64,000 nt of DNA from NCBI GenBank assembly GCA_050302075.1, contig JBNLAH010000002.1:160001-224000 (forward strand), written 5' to 3'. This DNA comes from Parachlamydiales bacterium. GTDB taxonomy: Bacteria > Chlamydiota > Chlamydiia > Chlamydiales > SM23-39. Of this stretch, positions 19,776-29,883 are shown piece by piece; the stretch's first letter is position 1, and every line of letters starts with the position of its first letter. The position numbers and the translations under genes were made by a program. Under the pieces are notes generated by a model. That model saw nothing but the letters and a program-made list of their open reading frames with translations, was not told the origin of the DNA and ran no database searches.

Positions 19776-20903
19776 ATTTCTTATTTGTTTGACCTGAGAT
19801 GTTATGACATCACAAGCTTTATAGATCTCTTCTAAGGTGTTCATTCTAGAAAATGAAAATCTAATAGAGCTGTTTGACTTTTTTTTAGATAGTCCCATAT
19901 TTAATAATATACGAGAGGGTTCGATTGCACCAGAGGCGCATGCAGATCCGTGGCTTACTGCAATTTTTGCTAAATCTAAGTTAATCAAAAGATTTTCTCC
20001 GTCTATTCCTTCAAAGCAAATATTTGATGTATTTGAAACCCTAGGTCCTGTGCCGTTTATCCAAACGTCATTTAAATTTCTAAAAATTTCGCTTTCAAAA
20101 GTTTTTCTTAAGTTTGATATATGCTCAACTATGCCAAGTATGTTTTTATCTACTAATTCAACTGCTTTAGCAACACCCATAATGGCGGGTAAATTTTCAG
20201 TTCCGGCTCTAGTTGAAAACTCTTGCTCACCACCTGTCATCATATTGCTTATTTTAAATGATTTTTTTTTGTATGTGAACCCACTTCCTTGCGGCCCATG
20301 AAATTTGTGGCCGCTAAAAACCATGGCTGAAATGCCTTCATAAATTGTTAAATAATCTTTACCAAAAAAAGCAACTGCATCAACAACAAAAGAAATTCCC
20401 TTTGAATATAGTAAGCTTGCTATTTCTTCGATTTCATTCTTAACTCCAGTTTCAGCATTGGCAGCACTTAAGATTACCAATCCAGTTTTATCTGATAAAA
20501 ATCCTTCTAGTAAATCTCGTGAGATAAGACCTTGATCATTAGGCTTTAGAAATAGCACATCTTTGCCTTGGCCCTTAAGTTCAGTCAATGTTTTATAAAT
20601 GCAAGAATGCTCAATATTAGAGCTTATAATCTGCTTATTGGGAAACATTGAGATATATCCGCGTATCAATGAATTTAAGGCTTCTGTTGCACCGGAATTA
20701 AAAGTTATCTCTTCGGGAAGTGCTCCAACACTTTTTGCTATATTATATCTAGCAGAAGAAAGTCTGGCCTTCGCCATTTGTCCAAAATGATGAATGCTTG
20801 AGGCATTTGATGGAGAGTATGAAAGCTCATTTATTATTGCTTCGACAACTTCTGGAGCAATGGGTGTTGTTGCATTGTTATCTAAATATATCCAATCACT
20901 CAT
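19770..20903 (-). CDS. cysteine desulfurase (NifS/IscS family)
   Basis: YLDNNATT, IEHSC, SGHKFHGP, GSACASG, RFSF. Confidence 0.95.
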   Translation of the reverse strand: MSDWIYLDNNATTPIAPEVVEAIINELSYSPSNASSIHHFGQMAKARLSSARYNIAKSVGALPEEITFNSGATEALNSLIRGYISMFPNKQIISSNIEHSCIYKTLTELKGQGKDVLFLKPNDQGLISRDLLEGFLSDKTGLVILSAANAETGVKNEIEEIASLLYSKGISFVVDAVAFFGKDYLTIYEGISAMVFSGHKFHGPQGSGFTYKKKSFKISNMMTGGEQEFSTRAGTENLPAIMGVAKAVELVDKNILGIVEHISNLRKTFESEIFRNLNDVWINGTGPRVSNTSNICFEGIDGENLLINLDLAKIAVSHGSACASGAIEPSRILLNMGLSKKKSNSSIRFSFSRMNTLEEIYKACDVITSQVKQIRNL

Positions 20904-21646
20904 TCGCTTATTCGTATCATTAATATTGTGATATTATCCTTACTTCCGTTTGATTTTGCAATTTCAATTAATAATTGAACAGCTGTGTTCAGCTCTAGAA
21001 TCCCTGACAAGATTTCAATAATTTGGCTTTCAGGAACGTAGTCGGTTAAGCCATCAGAACATAGAAAAAAAATATCTTTTACTTCAGTTGAGATATGACC
21101 GATTTCTGGAGACACTATTTTCTGAGCTCCAATTGCCCTAGTAATAATATTTTTGTAATTATTCCTGTGGTTTTTAGAGCTAATGCTTTTGCCTTGGTTC
21201 CTCCATTTTTGAATTAGTGAATGATCATCAGTTAGTTGTATAAGCTGATTTTTCCTAAATAAATATACTCTGCTATCACCCACATGAGCATAGATGGCCT
21301 TTTCATTTTGAAAATAGATAAAGCAAAGTGTAGTTCCCATGCCCTTAAGATGGTTGTGGTCACAACTTAACTGATATATGCGGGTATTAGTTTGGTAAAT
21401 CCCTTGAGTTAATAGGCCAATTTTCTTTTTAAGACTGAATTTTTTCAGGGGATAGACGTTTTCTCTTATATAATCGCTTATTGATTCAATAGCTTGCTTT
21501 GCAGCTATTTCTCCACCATTGTGACCGCCCATTCCGTCTGCTAGTGCAAAAAAATTTTCTTTTGGAAGAGAAGTCCAAAAATCTTGGTTTTTCTCTCTTA
21601 TCCCGATGTCAGACAATCCAAAAAATTGAATTTTAGATGAACTCAT
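20900..21646 (-). CDS. PP2C-family Ser/Thr protein phosphatase
   Basis: NQD, ADGMGGH, GTT, HVGDSR, CSDGL, DNIT. Confidence 0.95.
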   Translation of the reverse strand: MSSSKIQFFGLSDIGIREKNQDFWTSLPKENFFALADGMGGHNGGEIAAKQAIESISDYIRENVYPLKKFSLKKKIGLLTQGIYQTNTRIYQLSCDHNHLKGMGTTLCFIYFQNEKAIYAHVGDSRVYLFRKNQLIQLTDDHSLIQKWRNQGKSISSKNHRNNYKNIITRAIGAQKIVSPEIGHISTEVKDIFFLCSDGLTDYVPESQIIEILSGILELNTAVQLLIEIAKSNGSKDNITILMIRISE

Positions 21647-22826
21647 AAGGCCTTTGGATTTTTCCAATAAATAAAATTGTTTTGCTTTTCAGATCACATA
21701 TTATGATATAAAAAGGACTGTCGACGTTAAAAGATATAGCTTCCCGATCCAAATTTGTCTTGTACTCAGTAACTTTAATATCTTCATCTTTTACATTAAT
21801 ACCGTTTTCATCAATTTTTAAGAAGCTTTCATGGATGATATCATTTAAATAAAGATCCAAACGGTCATTAATATTTGAAAAGTTAGCAGTTCTTGTAAAA
21901 GCTTGGACAAGCCCTATTTCCTTTAAGGGTTTTTTTAGTGAGTATTTCTGATTTATGGTAAATCGCGGTATTTCTATGTTTAGGTAATTGTATGAGAGGT
22001 TATTCGCAATCTGCTTAAATATCTTATTCGATATTTTAGCTGTTTTCTTTTTTGGTAATAGTACCAGCATTTTAAAGTCTGCTTTATTGTTTTTGCAAGC
22101 AATTGGTAATGCAATTGTTTTAAAATCTGCATTTTCATGATATAGCAGCTCAGACGTTTGTCGCATTTTATAAACAGTTATTTTTCTGCTTGGGCTAAAA
22201 AAGGTGCCGGGTTGCGTTTCAGATGAATTGAAAGGACTTTTCCATGTTGCTTTCATAAATAGAGTGTTTATGAAAAGTAACCTTGTGTAATCTGATATGT
22301 CCGAGCTTGATAAAATGTCCAATATTTCAAACTCGTTCATTGAAGCTATATATTTATTAATTTTATCTAGTTCTTTTTTTTGGTTTTTTTCAAAAGATCC
22401 TTGCTCAATTTTTACATGAAAATTAGAAACAGCTACTTTTTTAAAGGAAGGTAAAATTAATGTGCTAGAATCTATAAATGCTAAATTAGTTAATAAGAAA
22501 TCACATGGCTTTTCTGAAATGAAAAGATTAGTGTAGAGTCGATTATATGCTAAGGGAAGTTTTTCATCTAAAAGAGTGAGCTTAAGCGCTTTTTTTATCT
22601 CTTTATTGGTGTTATTACTTGACCCATAAGTCAGAACAAAAAGCGAAGAAGCTATTGAGAAGGGGGAGTAAAATGTGTTTTCTTTGCCCGTGTCTATTTT
22701 TTCAAATAATTCGAATCCTAGCTCTGTAATCGAATCTTCAAGCATTGTTTTATTGGTCATTCCTAAAAGATCTATTGCAAAAGGCGGAAGAGAAAAAACA
22801 GTAAATATCAAAAATAGGTATTTCAT
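21633..22826 (-). CDS. secreted serpin-family protein
   Basis: Signal peptide; NTFYSPFSI, INTLFMKATWKSPF, IPRF, FNVDSPF, ILFIGKIQRP. Confidence 0.88.
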   Translation of the reverse strand: MKYLFLIFTVFSLPPFAIDLLGMTNKTMLEDSITELGFELFEKIDTGKENTFYSPFSIASSLFVLTYGSSNNTNKEIKKALKLTLLDEKLPLAYNRLYTNLFISEKPCDFLLTNLAFIDSSTLILPSFKKVAVSNFHVKIEQGSFEKNQKKELDKINKYIASMNEFEILDILSSSDISDYTRLLFINTLFMKATWKSPFNSSETQPGTFFSPSRKITVYKMRQTSELLYHENADFKTIALPIACKNNKADFKMLVLLPKKKTAKISNKIFKQIANNLSYNYLNIEIPRFTINQKYSLKKPLKEIGLVQAFTRTANFSNINDRLDLYLNDIIHESFLKIDENGINVKDEDIKVTEYKTNLDREAISFNVDSPFYIIICDLKSKTILFIGKIQRPYEFI

Positions 22827-22878
22827 CTTAAATGTATCTTTTAAAAGCTTTAAGATATAGCCAATTTTAGCTTAAAAA

Positions 22879-23727
22879 TTAACTACTTATGAGTGCTAAG
22901 CTTAAAATGCTAGATAAATTAAAAATAGCATGTAGCAAAATTGGGCATATCAATGTCTTTTGCTTTTCATATATGAAACTCAAAAAAAATGCTAGAGGAA
23001 ACAATGCTGACAAGATTACAATGTTTCCAATTTTTTGAGAGGTTGAAAAGTGGAAAACAACAAAGAAAATAGATGTAAGAATAATACTAAAAATGGGTCC
23101 TAGATGCTTTTTTAGCCATGTTTGCAAAAATCCTCTGAAAAGAGTTTCTTCAACTATTGGTGCCAAAAAAACAACTGTAAAAAATGCTAAAAAAAAATAA
23201 ATTGGACTGTCTAGCGATGTTTTAACATAGCTAACAGCAAGCTGGTCTGGCATTTTTTCAATTTTAAAAATTTTTGAAACGATTAAATCAGAGAACTGAG
23301 AGAAAAACAAAACTAGGGGAGTGACTATTATCCAACCTACAAAAGCTACTTTCAAATTTTTATAAAAATCATTATCCCATAGTGGAATATTCAATCTGAA
23401 AAGGTTAAACTTTTTAAAGTAGTAAATCCCTAAAAATAAAGCAACCAAGAGAAAAGAGAGTATATTGGAAATACTAACATAACTTATGGCGGAGTATGTT
23501 TGCGTGGTGATATTTAATACTTTTAATATTAGAGGAGTTATAAATATCACAGTTGTTAAGTAAATAGCAAAAGCTATTAAAACATGTCCAAAGGAGATAA
23601 CTATCTTATTTTTTGGAGAAAAAGTGACTTTAAAAAATTTTTTTTTCCAAGCTGTAAGCAGTACAAAACTTGCAATTACAGCCCAGAAAAAGGATAACTC
23701 ACCTAAAAGTTTTATTCGCTGATCCAT
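22879..23727 (-). CDS. CPBP (CAAX/Abi) intramembrane metalloprotease
   Basis: APIVEETLFRG, FVVFH, LHAIFN. Confidence 0.92.
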   Translation of the reverse strand: MDQRIKLLGELSFFWAVIASFVLLTAWKKKFFKVTFSPKNKIVISFGHVLIAFAIYLTTVIFITPLILKVLNITTQTYSAISYVSISNILSFLLVALFLGIYYFKKFNLFRLNIPLWDNDFYKNLKVAFVGWIIVTPLVLFFSQFSDLIVSKIFKIEKMPDQLAVSYVKTSLDSPIYFFLAFFTVVFLAPIVEETLFRGFLQTWLKKHLGPIFSIILTSIFFVVFHFSTSQKIGNIVILSALFPLAFFLSFIYEKQKTLICPILLHAIFNLSSILSLALISS

Positions 23728-24378
23728 TTATCTGCTTTTGGCCAGCAAAATATAATCGTTAATTTGGTCTACTAGGTATTTAACAACTTGCATGTGAGCT
23801 AGTCCCATAGGGGACTTGCTATACTCTTCAGTTCCCCAAACTACTATATCACAATTTGAATGTAGTACATTTTTAGAAATATAAAATGTGTCTTTTACTA
23901 TTTCTTGTAAAACAATCTTAGGTTCATCATATCTCAAGTCAATAACTCGTACTCTCATGGAAATATTTAAGTCATGAGATTGCTTTCTTATGTCAGAGAT
24001 TTCTTGATTTGGCTTTTTTTCTGCAATAGTGTCTTCGTGCTCGACTATTTCAGTAAAGACAACAAATTCTGAGTTTTTGTAGTGGTTTTTAACCCAAGCA
24101 AGATCATTTCCAAATGGATTTTGTGTAATATGATCATGAGAAGTTTTTCCCTTTGGGATATAAAGATCGCCTTTTTGGGCAGTTACGTTGACGATAAGAT
24201 CAGTTAATTCTTCTGATAAACTCCAAGATAGTTCATAGTTGCTAGAGTCAATCACAGGTGTAATTTCAACAATAGGTTTTGCTCTTCCATCTTCGTGGAA
24301 AAGAGTAAACTCATCATTTTCTTTACGGCAACCAACTAAAAATAATATTCCTAATAAGCAATAAAGGCTTTTTCGCAT
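23728..24378 (-). CDS. chlamydial CT253-like lipoprotein
   Basis: Lipobox LVGC; GRAKP, WSLSEELT; adjacent to CPBP gene as in Chlamydia. Confidence 0.75.
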   Translation of the reverse strand: MRKSLYCLLGILFLVGCRKENDEFTLFHEDGRAKPIVEITPVIDSSNYELSWSLSEELTDLIVNVTAQKGDLYIPKGKTSHDHITQNPFGNDLAWVKNHYKNSEFVVFTEIVEHEDTIAEKKPNQEISDIRKQSHDLNISMRVRVIDLRYDEPKIVLQEIVKDTFYISKNVLHSNCDIVVWGTEEYSKSPMGLAHMQVVKYLVDQINDYILLAKSR

Positions 24379-24443
24379 GTCTCCTCACAATGAATAGTTG
24401 CCTCAAAACATAACAGATACGCATTTTTCAAATCTATAGAAAT

Positions 24444-26468
24444 CTAGCGAGGCATCACCAGTAAAATACTTGAATATGGATTCAAAAGGTAAGATTCTTC
24501 AATTTTATGACTTAAGTTTTCTTCAAAGTCATTTGGAGTTTTTAGGGATGTATCAACTTTTCTATACCAACTATATCCATCTTCATATGTGGGGATTTTA
24601 AACTTAACTAGGTGAGGAGTTGGATTAAATGCAAAATAAAGGTAATCATCATCGGTGGACTTAAGTGTTAGTGCCAAAAGACCATTTGGATTATCCCAAG
24701 TGGCTTTTAAAGGCTCTGTTGAGTGCCACTCAACATTTTCGGCTTCAACAAACTCTTTTTTTCCTAGAACTGAATGGTTTTTTCTAAATTCAATTAATGA
24801 TCTAACAAAGCGGAAAAGTCCTTTGTTTTTTAAAAGTTGATCCCATTGAAACCAGTTGATATCGCTATCTTGACACCAAGTGTTATTATTTCCCCTTTTT
24901 GTATGCCCGTACTCATCTCCCATAGAAATCATCGGAGTCCCTTGGGCACAAAGCAAAACAAAGAAAAAATTTTTCAATTGCTTTTCTCTTAAGTGTTTTA
25001 TTTTTCCATCCTGTGTGGTGCCTTCTTCTCCGCAATTCCAACTATGGTTCTCATTGATTCCGTCTTTGTTATCTTCACCATTTTCTTCATTGTGTTTTTG
25101 ATTATAACTCACAAGATCATGCATTGAAAAGCCATCATGACATGTAATGAAGTTAACACTATGATAAGGGGATCTTTCATTGCCATACAGGTTTTGTGAT
25201 CCTAAAAAATATGTAGCAAAGTCTCCCTGCTTGAATACGTCGCCTTTAATAAACATCCTGACAGAGTCTCTAAATTTCCCATTCCATTCCATCCACTTTC
25301 CCCAAGAGGGAAATGATCCTACTTGGTAAAGGCCTGCACAATCCCAGGCTTCTGCAATTAGTTTTGTATCTGAAAAAATCGGATCTAGACTTATTGCTTC
25401 AATGAGAGGCGGAAACTCCATTGGTTTTCCTTCAGGGTCTCTAGTTAAAATAGATGCCAGGTCAAATCGAAATCCATCGACTTGCATTTCGCTTACCCAG
25501 TACTTCAAACTATCTAAAATGTGTTCTCTTGTGACAATATGATTGCAGCTAAAGGTATTTCCACATCCAGAATAGTTTAAATAATTTCCATCCTTGTCTA
25601 AAAGATAGTAAACAGAGTTCTCTATCCCTCTAAAATTAATTAAATGACTTTTGTCACCGCCTTCAGCCGTATGGTTATAAACAACATCTAAAATTACTTC
25701 GATGTTATTTCTGTGAAGCTCTTTGACTAGCATCTTAAACTGTTCTGCTGTAGTTAAGCCTTCTATTGTTGCTGAATATCTATTCATCAATGCAAAGAAG
25801 TTAATAGGTGAATATCCCCAGTAATTGTATAGTTTAGTATTTGTTTTTGGATTTATTCTCGGATTTGAGCATTCATCAAATTCAAAGACAGGAAGTAACT
25901 CGACAGCATTAATCCCTAGTTTTTTTAAATAGGGTATTTTGTCAATCATTGCTAAAAATGTCCCTTTATGCTCTACATCGCTGGACTTGTCTTTTGTAAA
26001 ACCTCTTACATGCATTTCATAGATAATTAAGTTCTGCATTGGATGGTTGGGTTTCACCACTCCTTCCCAGTCAAAGGGTTTTTCCATTTGTATTTTCCCC
26101 CTAGGTGGGTATTTTTTCTTATCAGACCACTCATTTGACCAGTTAAGCTGTTTTGCCAAAGGATCACTCACGAATCTATCCGGATAAAAAAGATATCCCT
26201 TTGTTTTGTCTTTTGGGCCATCTAGTTTGTATGCATACTCAAGATTTTCTGGTAGATTTTCAATTAGGATGTGCCAAATATTTCCAGTTTGACTTTTTAA
26301 GGGGATTTCTAAAGATGGCTTGTCATGATTTTGCTTGAAAAAGCATATCACAACTTTAGTGGCATGCTCCGAAAAAATAGCAAAATTCATCCCATTGGAT
26401 TTTTTTGTCAATCCAAGTGGTCTAGGATGGCCTTCTTTGATTTTTATTGATTTTGATAACCTAAACAT
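24444..26468 (-). CDS. glgX: glycogen debranching enzyme
   Basis: YEMHVRGFT, NYWGY, DVVYNH, DGFRFDLAS, AEAWD, HDGF. Confidence 0.97.
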   Translation of the reverse strand: MFRLSKSIKIKEGHPRPLGLTKKSNGMNFAIFSEHATKVVICFFKQNHDKPSLEIPLKSQTGNIWHILIENLPENLEYAYKLDGPKDKTKGYLFYPDRFVSDPLAKQLNWSNEWSDKKKYPPRGKIQMEKPFDWEGVVKPNHPMQNLIIYEMHVRGFTKDKSSDVEHKGTFLAMIDKIPYLKKLGINAVELLPVFEFDECSNPRINPKTNTKLYNYWGYSPINFFALMNRYSATIEGLTTAEQFKMLVKELHRNNIEVILDVVYNHTAEGGDKSHLINFRGIENSVYYLLDKDGNYLNYSGCGNTFSCNHIVTREHILDSLKYWVSEMQVDGFRFDLASILTRDPEGKPMEFPPLIEAISLDPIFSDTKLIAEAWDCAGLYQVGSFPSWGKWMEWNGKFRDSVRMFIKGDVFKQGDFATYFLGSQNLYGNERSPYHSVNFITCHDGFSMHDLVSYNQKHNEENGEDNKDGINENHSWNCGEEGTTQDGKIKHLREKQLKNFFFVLLCAQGTPMISMGDEYGHTKRGNNNTWCQDSDINWFQWDQLLKNKGLFRFVRSLIEFRKNHSVLGKKEFVEAENVEWHSTEPLKATWDNPNGLLALTLKSTDDDYLYFAFNPTPHLVKFKIPTYEDGYSWYRKVDTSLKTPNDFEENLSHKIEESYLLNPYSSILLVMPR

Positions 26469-26646
26469 AGTTATCTTCTATATAAAAGATAATCTATTTT
26501 TATAAAAATTTATTGTTTGAAAAAGTGAATCAAACTCTAAAATAAAGAGTTATAGCATTCAATGAGAAAGCGTTTAGAGCAAAATTGTGTAAAAACGCAG
26601 AACCATCGCTGGAAAAAATTCAGCTGTTTTTAACCCATAAAATAAA

Positions 26647-26673
26647 AACTCCCCCGCTTTAAAGGGGGGAGTT
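26647..26673 (-). terminator. rho-independent terminator of the 26712-27581 gene
   Basis: AACTCCCCC...GGGGGAGTT hairpin with T-rich tail on the minus strand. Confidence 0.75.
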
Positions 26674-26711
26674 ATATTTAATTCCGCTTAGAATTTTAAT
26701 TCTTTATTAAA

Positions 26712-27581
26712 TTAATTGGCTTCCATCTTTTCCTTAAGAGTTCTCATCATTGCAGTCGACTCAGACTCGACTACCGCGTCATCACTGCTCCATTTACTGT
26801 AATCGGTTTCGCTGTTACTTCTAATAAAGCTTACCAATTCAGTATATGTCGTTATTTTAGGAAAACTATCGTATTTCGACCTGAGAAGAATCTCTATTGA
26901 ATCTGTACTTATGTCAAATGTTATATCTAGATGAGTGTCATAAAAATTTCTGATTGTTTTTTTAAGCTCATCTAGCTTTTGACTGTCAGTTTTTACTGGT
27001 TTACTATGCTCACTGGTAGCGTTTGTAGCTTTTGCACGTTTTCTATGAAGGCATAATCCTATCACACTAACTAGAGTAGCAGTGGTACCTAATGCTATTG
27101 GATAAATATTATTTAAGAGTTTCTCTGATAGAGTCTTTTCTTTGTTATAAAATGGAATTCCATTCTTATAAATATATATGCTTCCTATTAATAAGCCTGC
27201 AGATACAGCTACTTTAGTAGTTGTAGAAATGTTTTTTGTGTCAAAATTTTTAACAGCCTTTATCCCATTCTTTGCTTTTGATTTAGCATATTTAAAAGCT
27301 GGTGAATTTTTGGCTGCTTGTATTCCACCTTTTACTTTCAACCCAGCATATTTTACAGCGTAAGAGAGCTGTTCTTTATATGAGAGTTTTTTTACGCTTC
27401 TAAATGGTCTAGTTACCAAATCTAATGAATCTTTAATAAATAAAAAAGGTAGTAAAATAATTGTTTTAAAAACTAGCGCTACCTTAGCAGTTGTTGAATC
27501 AGATTTTGAAACTTCTGAAAAAGCTCCTTGGATACCAGAAAAGCATTTAGCTGCTTCTGGCTTTATAAATTGAATGGCCAT
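26712..27581 (-). CDS. hypothetical membrane-anchored protein (effector/Inc candidate)
   Basis: ATG 27581 after GGAGG; three hydrophobic segments, 20-aa internal repeat, hydrophilic C-terminus. Confidence 0.75.
   Translation of the reverse strand: MAIQFIKPEAAKCFSGIQGAFSEVSKSDSTTAKVALVFKTIILLPFLFIKDSLDLVTRPFRSVKKLSYKEQLSYAVKYAGLKVKGGIQAAKNSPAFKYAKSKAKNGIKAVKNFDTKNISTTTKVAVSAGLLIGSIYIYKNGIPFYNKEKTLSEKLLNNIYPIALGTTATLVSVIGLCLHRKRAKATNATSEHSKPVKTDSQKLDELKKTIRNFYDTHLDITFDISTDSIEILLRSKYDSFPKITTYTELVSFIRSNSETDYSKWSSDDAVVESESTAMMRTLKEKMEAN
27241..27360 (-). repeat. degenerate 2 x 60-bp in-frame tandem repeat
   Basis: AVKYAGLKVKGGIQAAKNSP / AFKYAKSKAKNGIKAVKNFD. Confidence 0.7.
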
Positions 27582-27906
27582 ATCGGCTTTCCTCCCTATT
27601 TTGTTTTTTATCAAATCAATTTTAAATTATTTAATTATTTTTTTCATCAATTAATTATTAATAATAATAAATTTTTATTACGGTTATTCTTTATAGGAGA
27701 AATAATAGGTAAATATCTATGTTTTATTTATTTACAATATTTAAGAACTGTGAAAACTAATTTCATGAATTAAATAGTGCAATAATATTAAGGGGGTTGT
27801 TTTATATATTTAGTAAAATAAAGCTTCTATATAGTGAGAAAATGTAAATTAAGCTAAAATATATTAATTGTAATTAGATGATTTGTTATAAGACGTTATT
27901 CGTTAG

Positions 27907-29208
27907 TTGTTTATGTTGATCCACTCGAACATTAGTTGTGTTAGCACCTTTCTGCCAAATCTAAATGAGTCATTCATGAAGATAAAGAACCTGAATATAG
28001 TGATAAAGAAGGTAGCTATATTGGTTATTGAGCTGTTTTTAGCTCCTCTTAGAATGACTCAAGATATTTACTATCATATATTTACAAAGAGAAGTAGAAA
28101 AAAAACCATAACCGTTAATAATTTATTTAAATTTGATACCTTGAAAAAATTTAACCCTAAGGATCATCAAACAATTATTAAAACGACCTTATTGGCTATT
28201 TTTTTTGGTCTTGGTGAGAAATATTTTGCATCAGACTCTTCACTACATTCTTATCAAGCTCTAGAAGATAGTGGTATATTGCTCGGATGTGGACTTGGGG
28301 TGGTATATTTATTAAATAAATTATTTAACAAATCAAGCGATTCAAATTGTGAGCATTTACAAGTAAATAGTGGCGATGATGTTACAAATGGCGAAGTTTA
28401 TAGAAGATGCAAAAGCTGCAAACAGTATCTTCAAGTAAACAATATAGCTAGTTTGGCGAACAAAAATTTAGCAGTCTTTATTTATACTAGCGTTGATAGG
28501 GATACCAATGGAGCTTTTAAAATTTTACGGGCGAACAATACAAAGACCTATAATCAGGATTCAATATCTAAAACTCATGAAGTGCTACTTTGTCGAATAA
28601 ATAACTATCATGATCTTACTAAAGTTGTAGATTCATTGAAAAATTGGAAATCTAGTATCAAGTTCATTTCCATAGGGGCTCATGGCTCTGAAGATGGATT
28701 TAGTTTAGGACACCTAGAAGTTGATAACACAAATTCTAATGATGTATTTAATAAAATTAATAGCATTTTAGATGAAAATGGAACCTTAATTCTAGAGTCA
28801 TGTAAAACAGGAAAGAAAAATGGTGTAGCCCAAAATGCTAGTAGGGTTTTAAAAGACAGACTTGTCATAGCTCCAAATATTTCTGATCAAAGCTTTTTTG
28901 CGAGCCCCAAAAATGCATATAGTAGAAAATTTCTAAATAATTGTAGTTTTTCCTTGTCTTTGACTATAAGTTTAATTGCATATTCTAATTTTTTACTAAA
29001 CGGTTATTACTCTAAAAAGTTTCTCCAGAATTTAATAGGATCAACCTTTCTTACCCCTGTAATTTTTTTATTTTTAGAGTTTATAGAGATTAACGGCACT
29101 GGAGCCTCTGGTAAGCTTTTGCAAAAGCTTTTTGAGCGGTTTCCTGAGTTAGCATCCACAAGCTGTTCTCACATGAGATATAAAAATGGAAGGTTGGTTC
29201 AGCGTTAG
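27907..29208 (+). CDS. membrane-anchored hypothetical protein with putative caspase-fold (clan CD-like) peptidase domain
   Basis: Hydrophobic N-terminal segments; ISIGAHG and LILESCKTG motifs; start may be ATG 27913. Confidence 0.6.
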   Translation: MFMLIHSNISCVSTFLPNLNESFMKIKNLNIVIKKVAILVIELFLAPLRMTQDIYYHIFTKRSRKKTITVNNLFKFDTLKKFNPKDHQTIIKTTLLAIFFGLGEKYFASDSSLHSYQALEDSGILLGCGLGVVYLLNKLFNKSSDSNCEHLQVNSGDDVTNGEVYRRCKSCKQYLQVNNIASLANKNLAVFIYTSVDRDTNGAFKILRANNTKTYNQDSISKTHEVLLCRINNYHDLTKVVDSLKNWKSSIKFISIGAHGSEDGFSLGHLEVDNTNSNDVFNKINSILDENGTLILESCKTGKKNGVAQNASRVLKDRLVIAPNISDQSFFASPKNAYSRKFLNNCSFSLSLTISLIAYSNFLLNGYYSKKFLQNLIGSTFLTPVIFLFLEFIEINGTGASGKLLQKLFERFPELASTSCSHMRYKNGRLVQR

Positions 29209-29334
29209 AGTTCTTTATTCTAAAAAATTGAATTTCTAGGTTCTATGATTTGTAATCATTCTTGTCATAAATGAAACTCTTATCTACAATTAAAACGAAC
29301 AATTTTAATAAACACTTCCCTAGGAGGGTCCTAA

Positions 29335-29847
29335 ATGTCACTTGAAAATGCAAAAGCAAATCTAAAGGAACTTGGCAAAGAGCTGAATCTGGAAGGTTTG
29401 GAATTCGACGAAAACAATACCTGTATTTTAGGGATCGATAATGCTTTCTCCCTTCATATTACTTATGAACCAAATTCAGATCGTTTGTATCTTTACTCCC
29501 CACTGTTAGATGGCTTACCGAAAGATGAAAAAATATTGCTAAAACTTTATCAAAGACTGCTAGAAGGTTCTTTATTAGGGGGCCAGATGGCTGGCGGTGG
29601 CGTTGGAGTTGCTGTTAAAGAAGAGCTAATTTTAATTCACTGTGTTTTAGAAATGGGATTAGGTGTTGATGCTTCAGCATTAAGACGTTTTGTTCCAATT
29701 TTCTTAGACAATGCTGATATGTGGAGAAAAGACATTGTTGGCAAAATTGTAGAAGGTAAAGAACCTGCACCATTTAAGTTGCCAACTCCTCAAGGTGCTC
29801 CTGGCATTCCAGGTGGTAAATTGCCAGATGAGTATAAAAAAGTTTAA
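29335..29847 (+). CDS. slc1: CesT-family type III secretion chaperone, Slc1/CT043-like
   Basis: FDENNTCIL, HITYEPNSDRLYLYSPLLDGLP, LLEGSLLGGQMAGGGVGVA recalled as the chlamydial Slc1 signature. Confidence 0.88.
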   Translation: MSLENAKANLKELGKELNLEGLEFDENNTCILGIDNAFSLHITYEPNSDRLYLYSPLLDGLPKDEKILLKLYQRLLEGSLLGGQMAGGGVGVAVKEELILIHCVLEMGLGVDASALRRFVPIFLDNADMWRKDIVGKIVEGKEPAPFKLPTPQGAPGIPGGKLPDEYKKV

Positions 29848-29856
29848 CCTAATTTT

Positions 29857-29883
29857 TAGATGTGTCTTAAAACGACACATCTA
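29857..29883. terminator. hairpin between convergent slc1 and dnaA
   Basis: TAGATGTGTC-ttaaaac-GACACATCTA perfect 10-bp stem. Confidence 0.6.

Noticed and set aside
27658..27674. 17-mer TTAATAATAATAAATTT also present at 1328-1344, both in orphan-gene promoter regions
   Set aside because: Pure A/T low-complexity sequence; chance is likely
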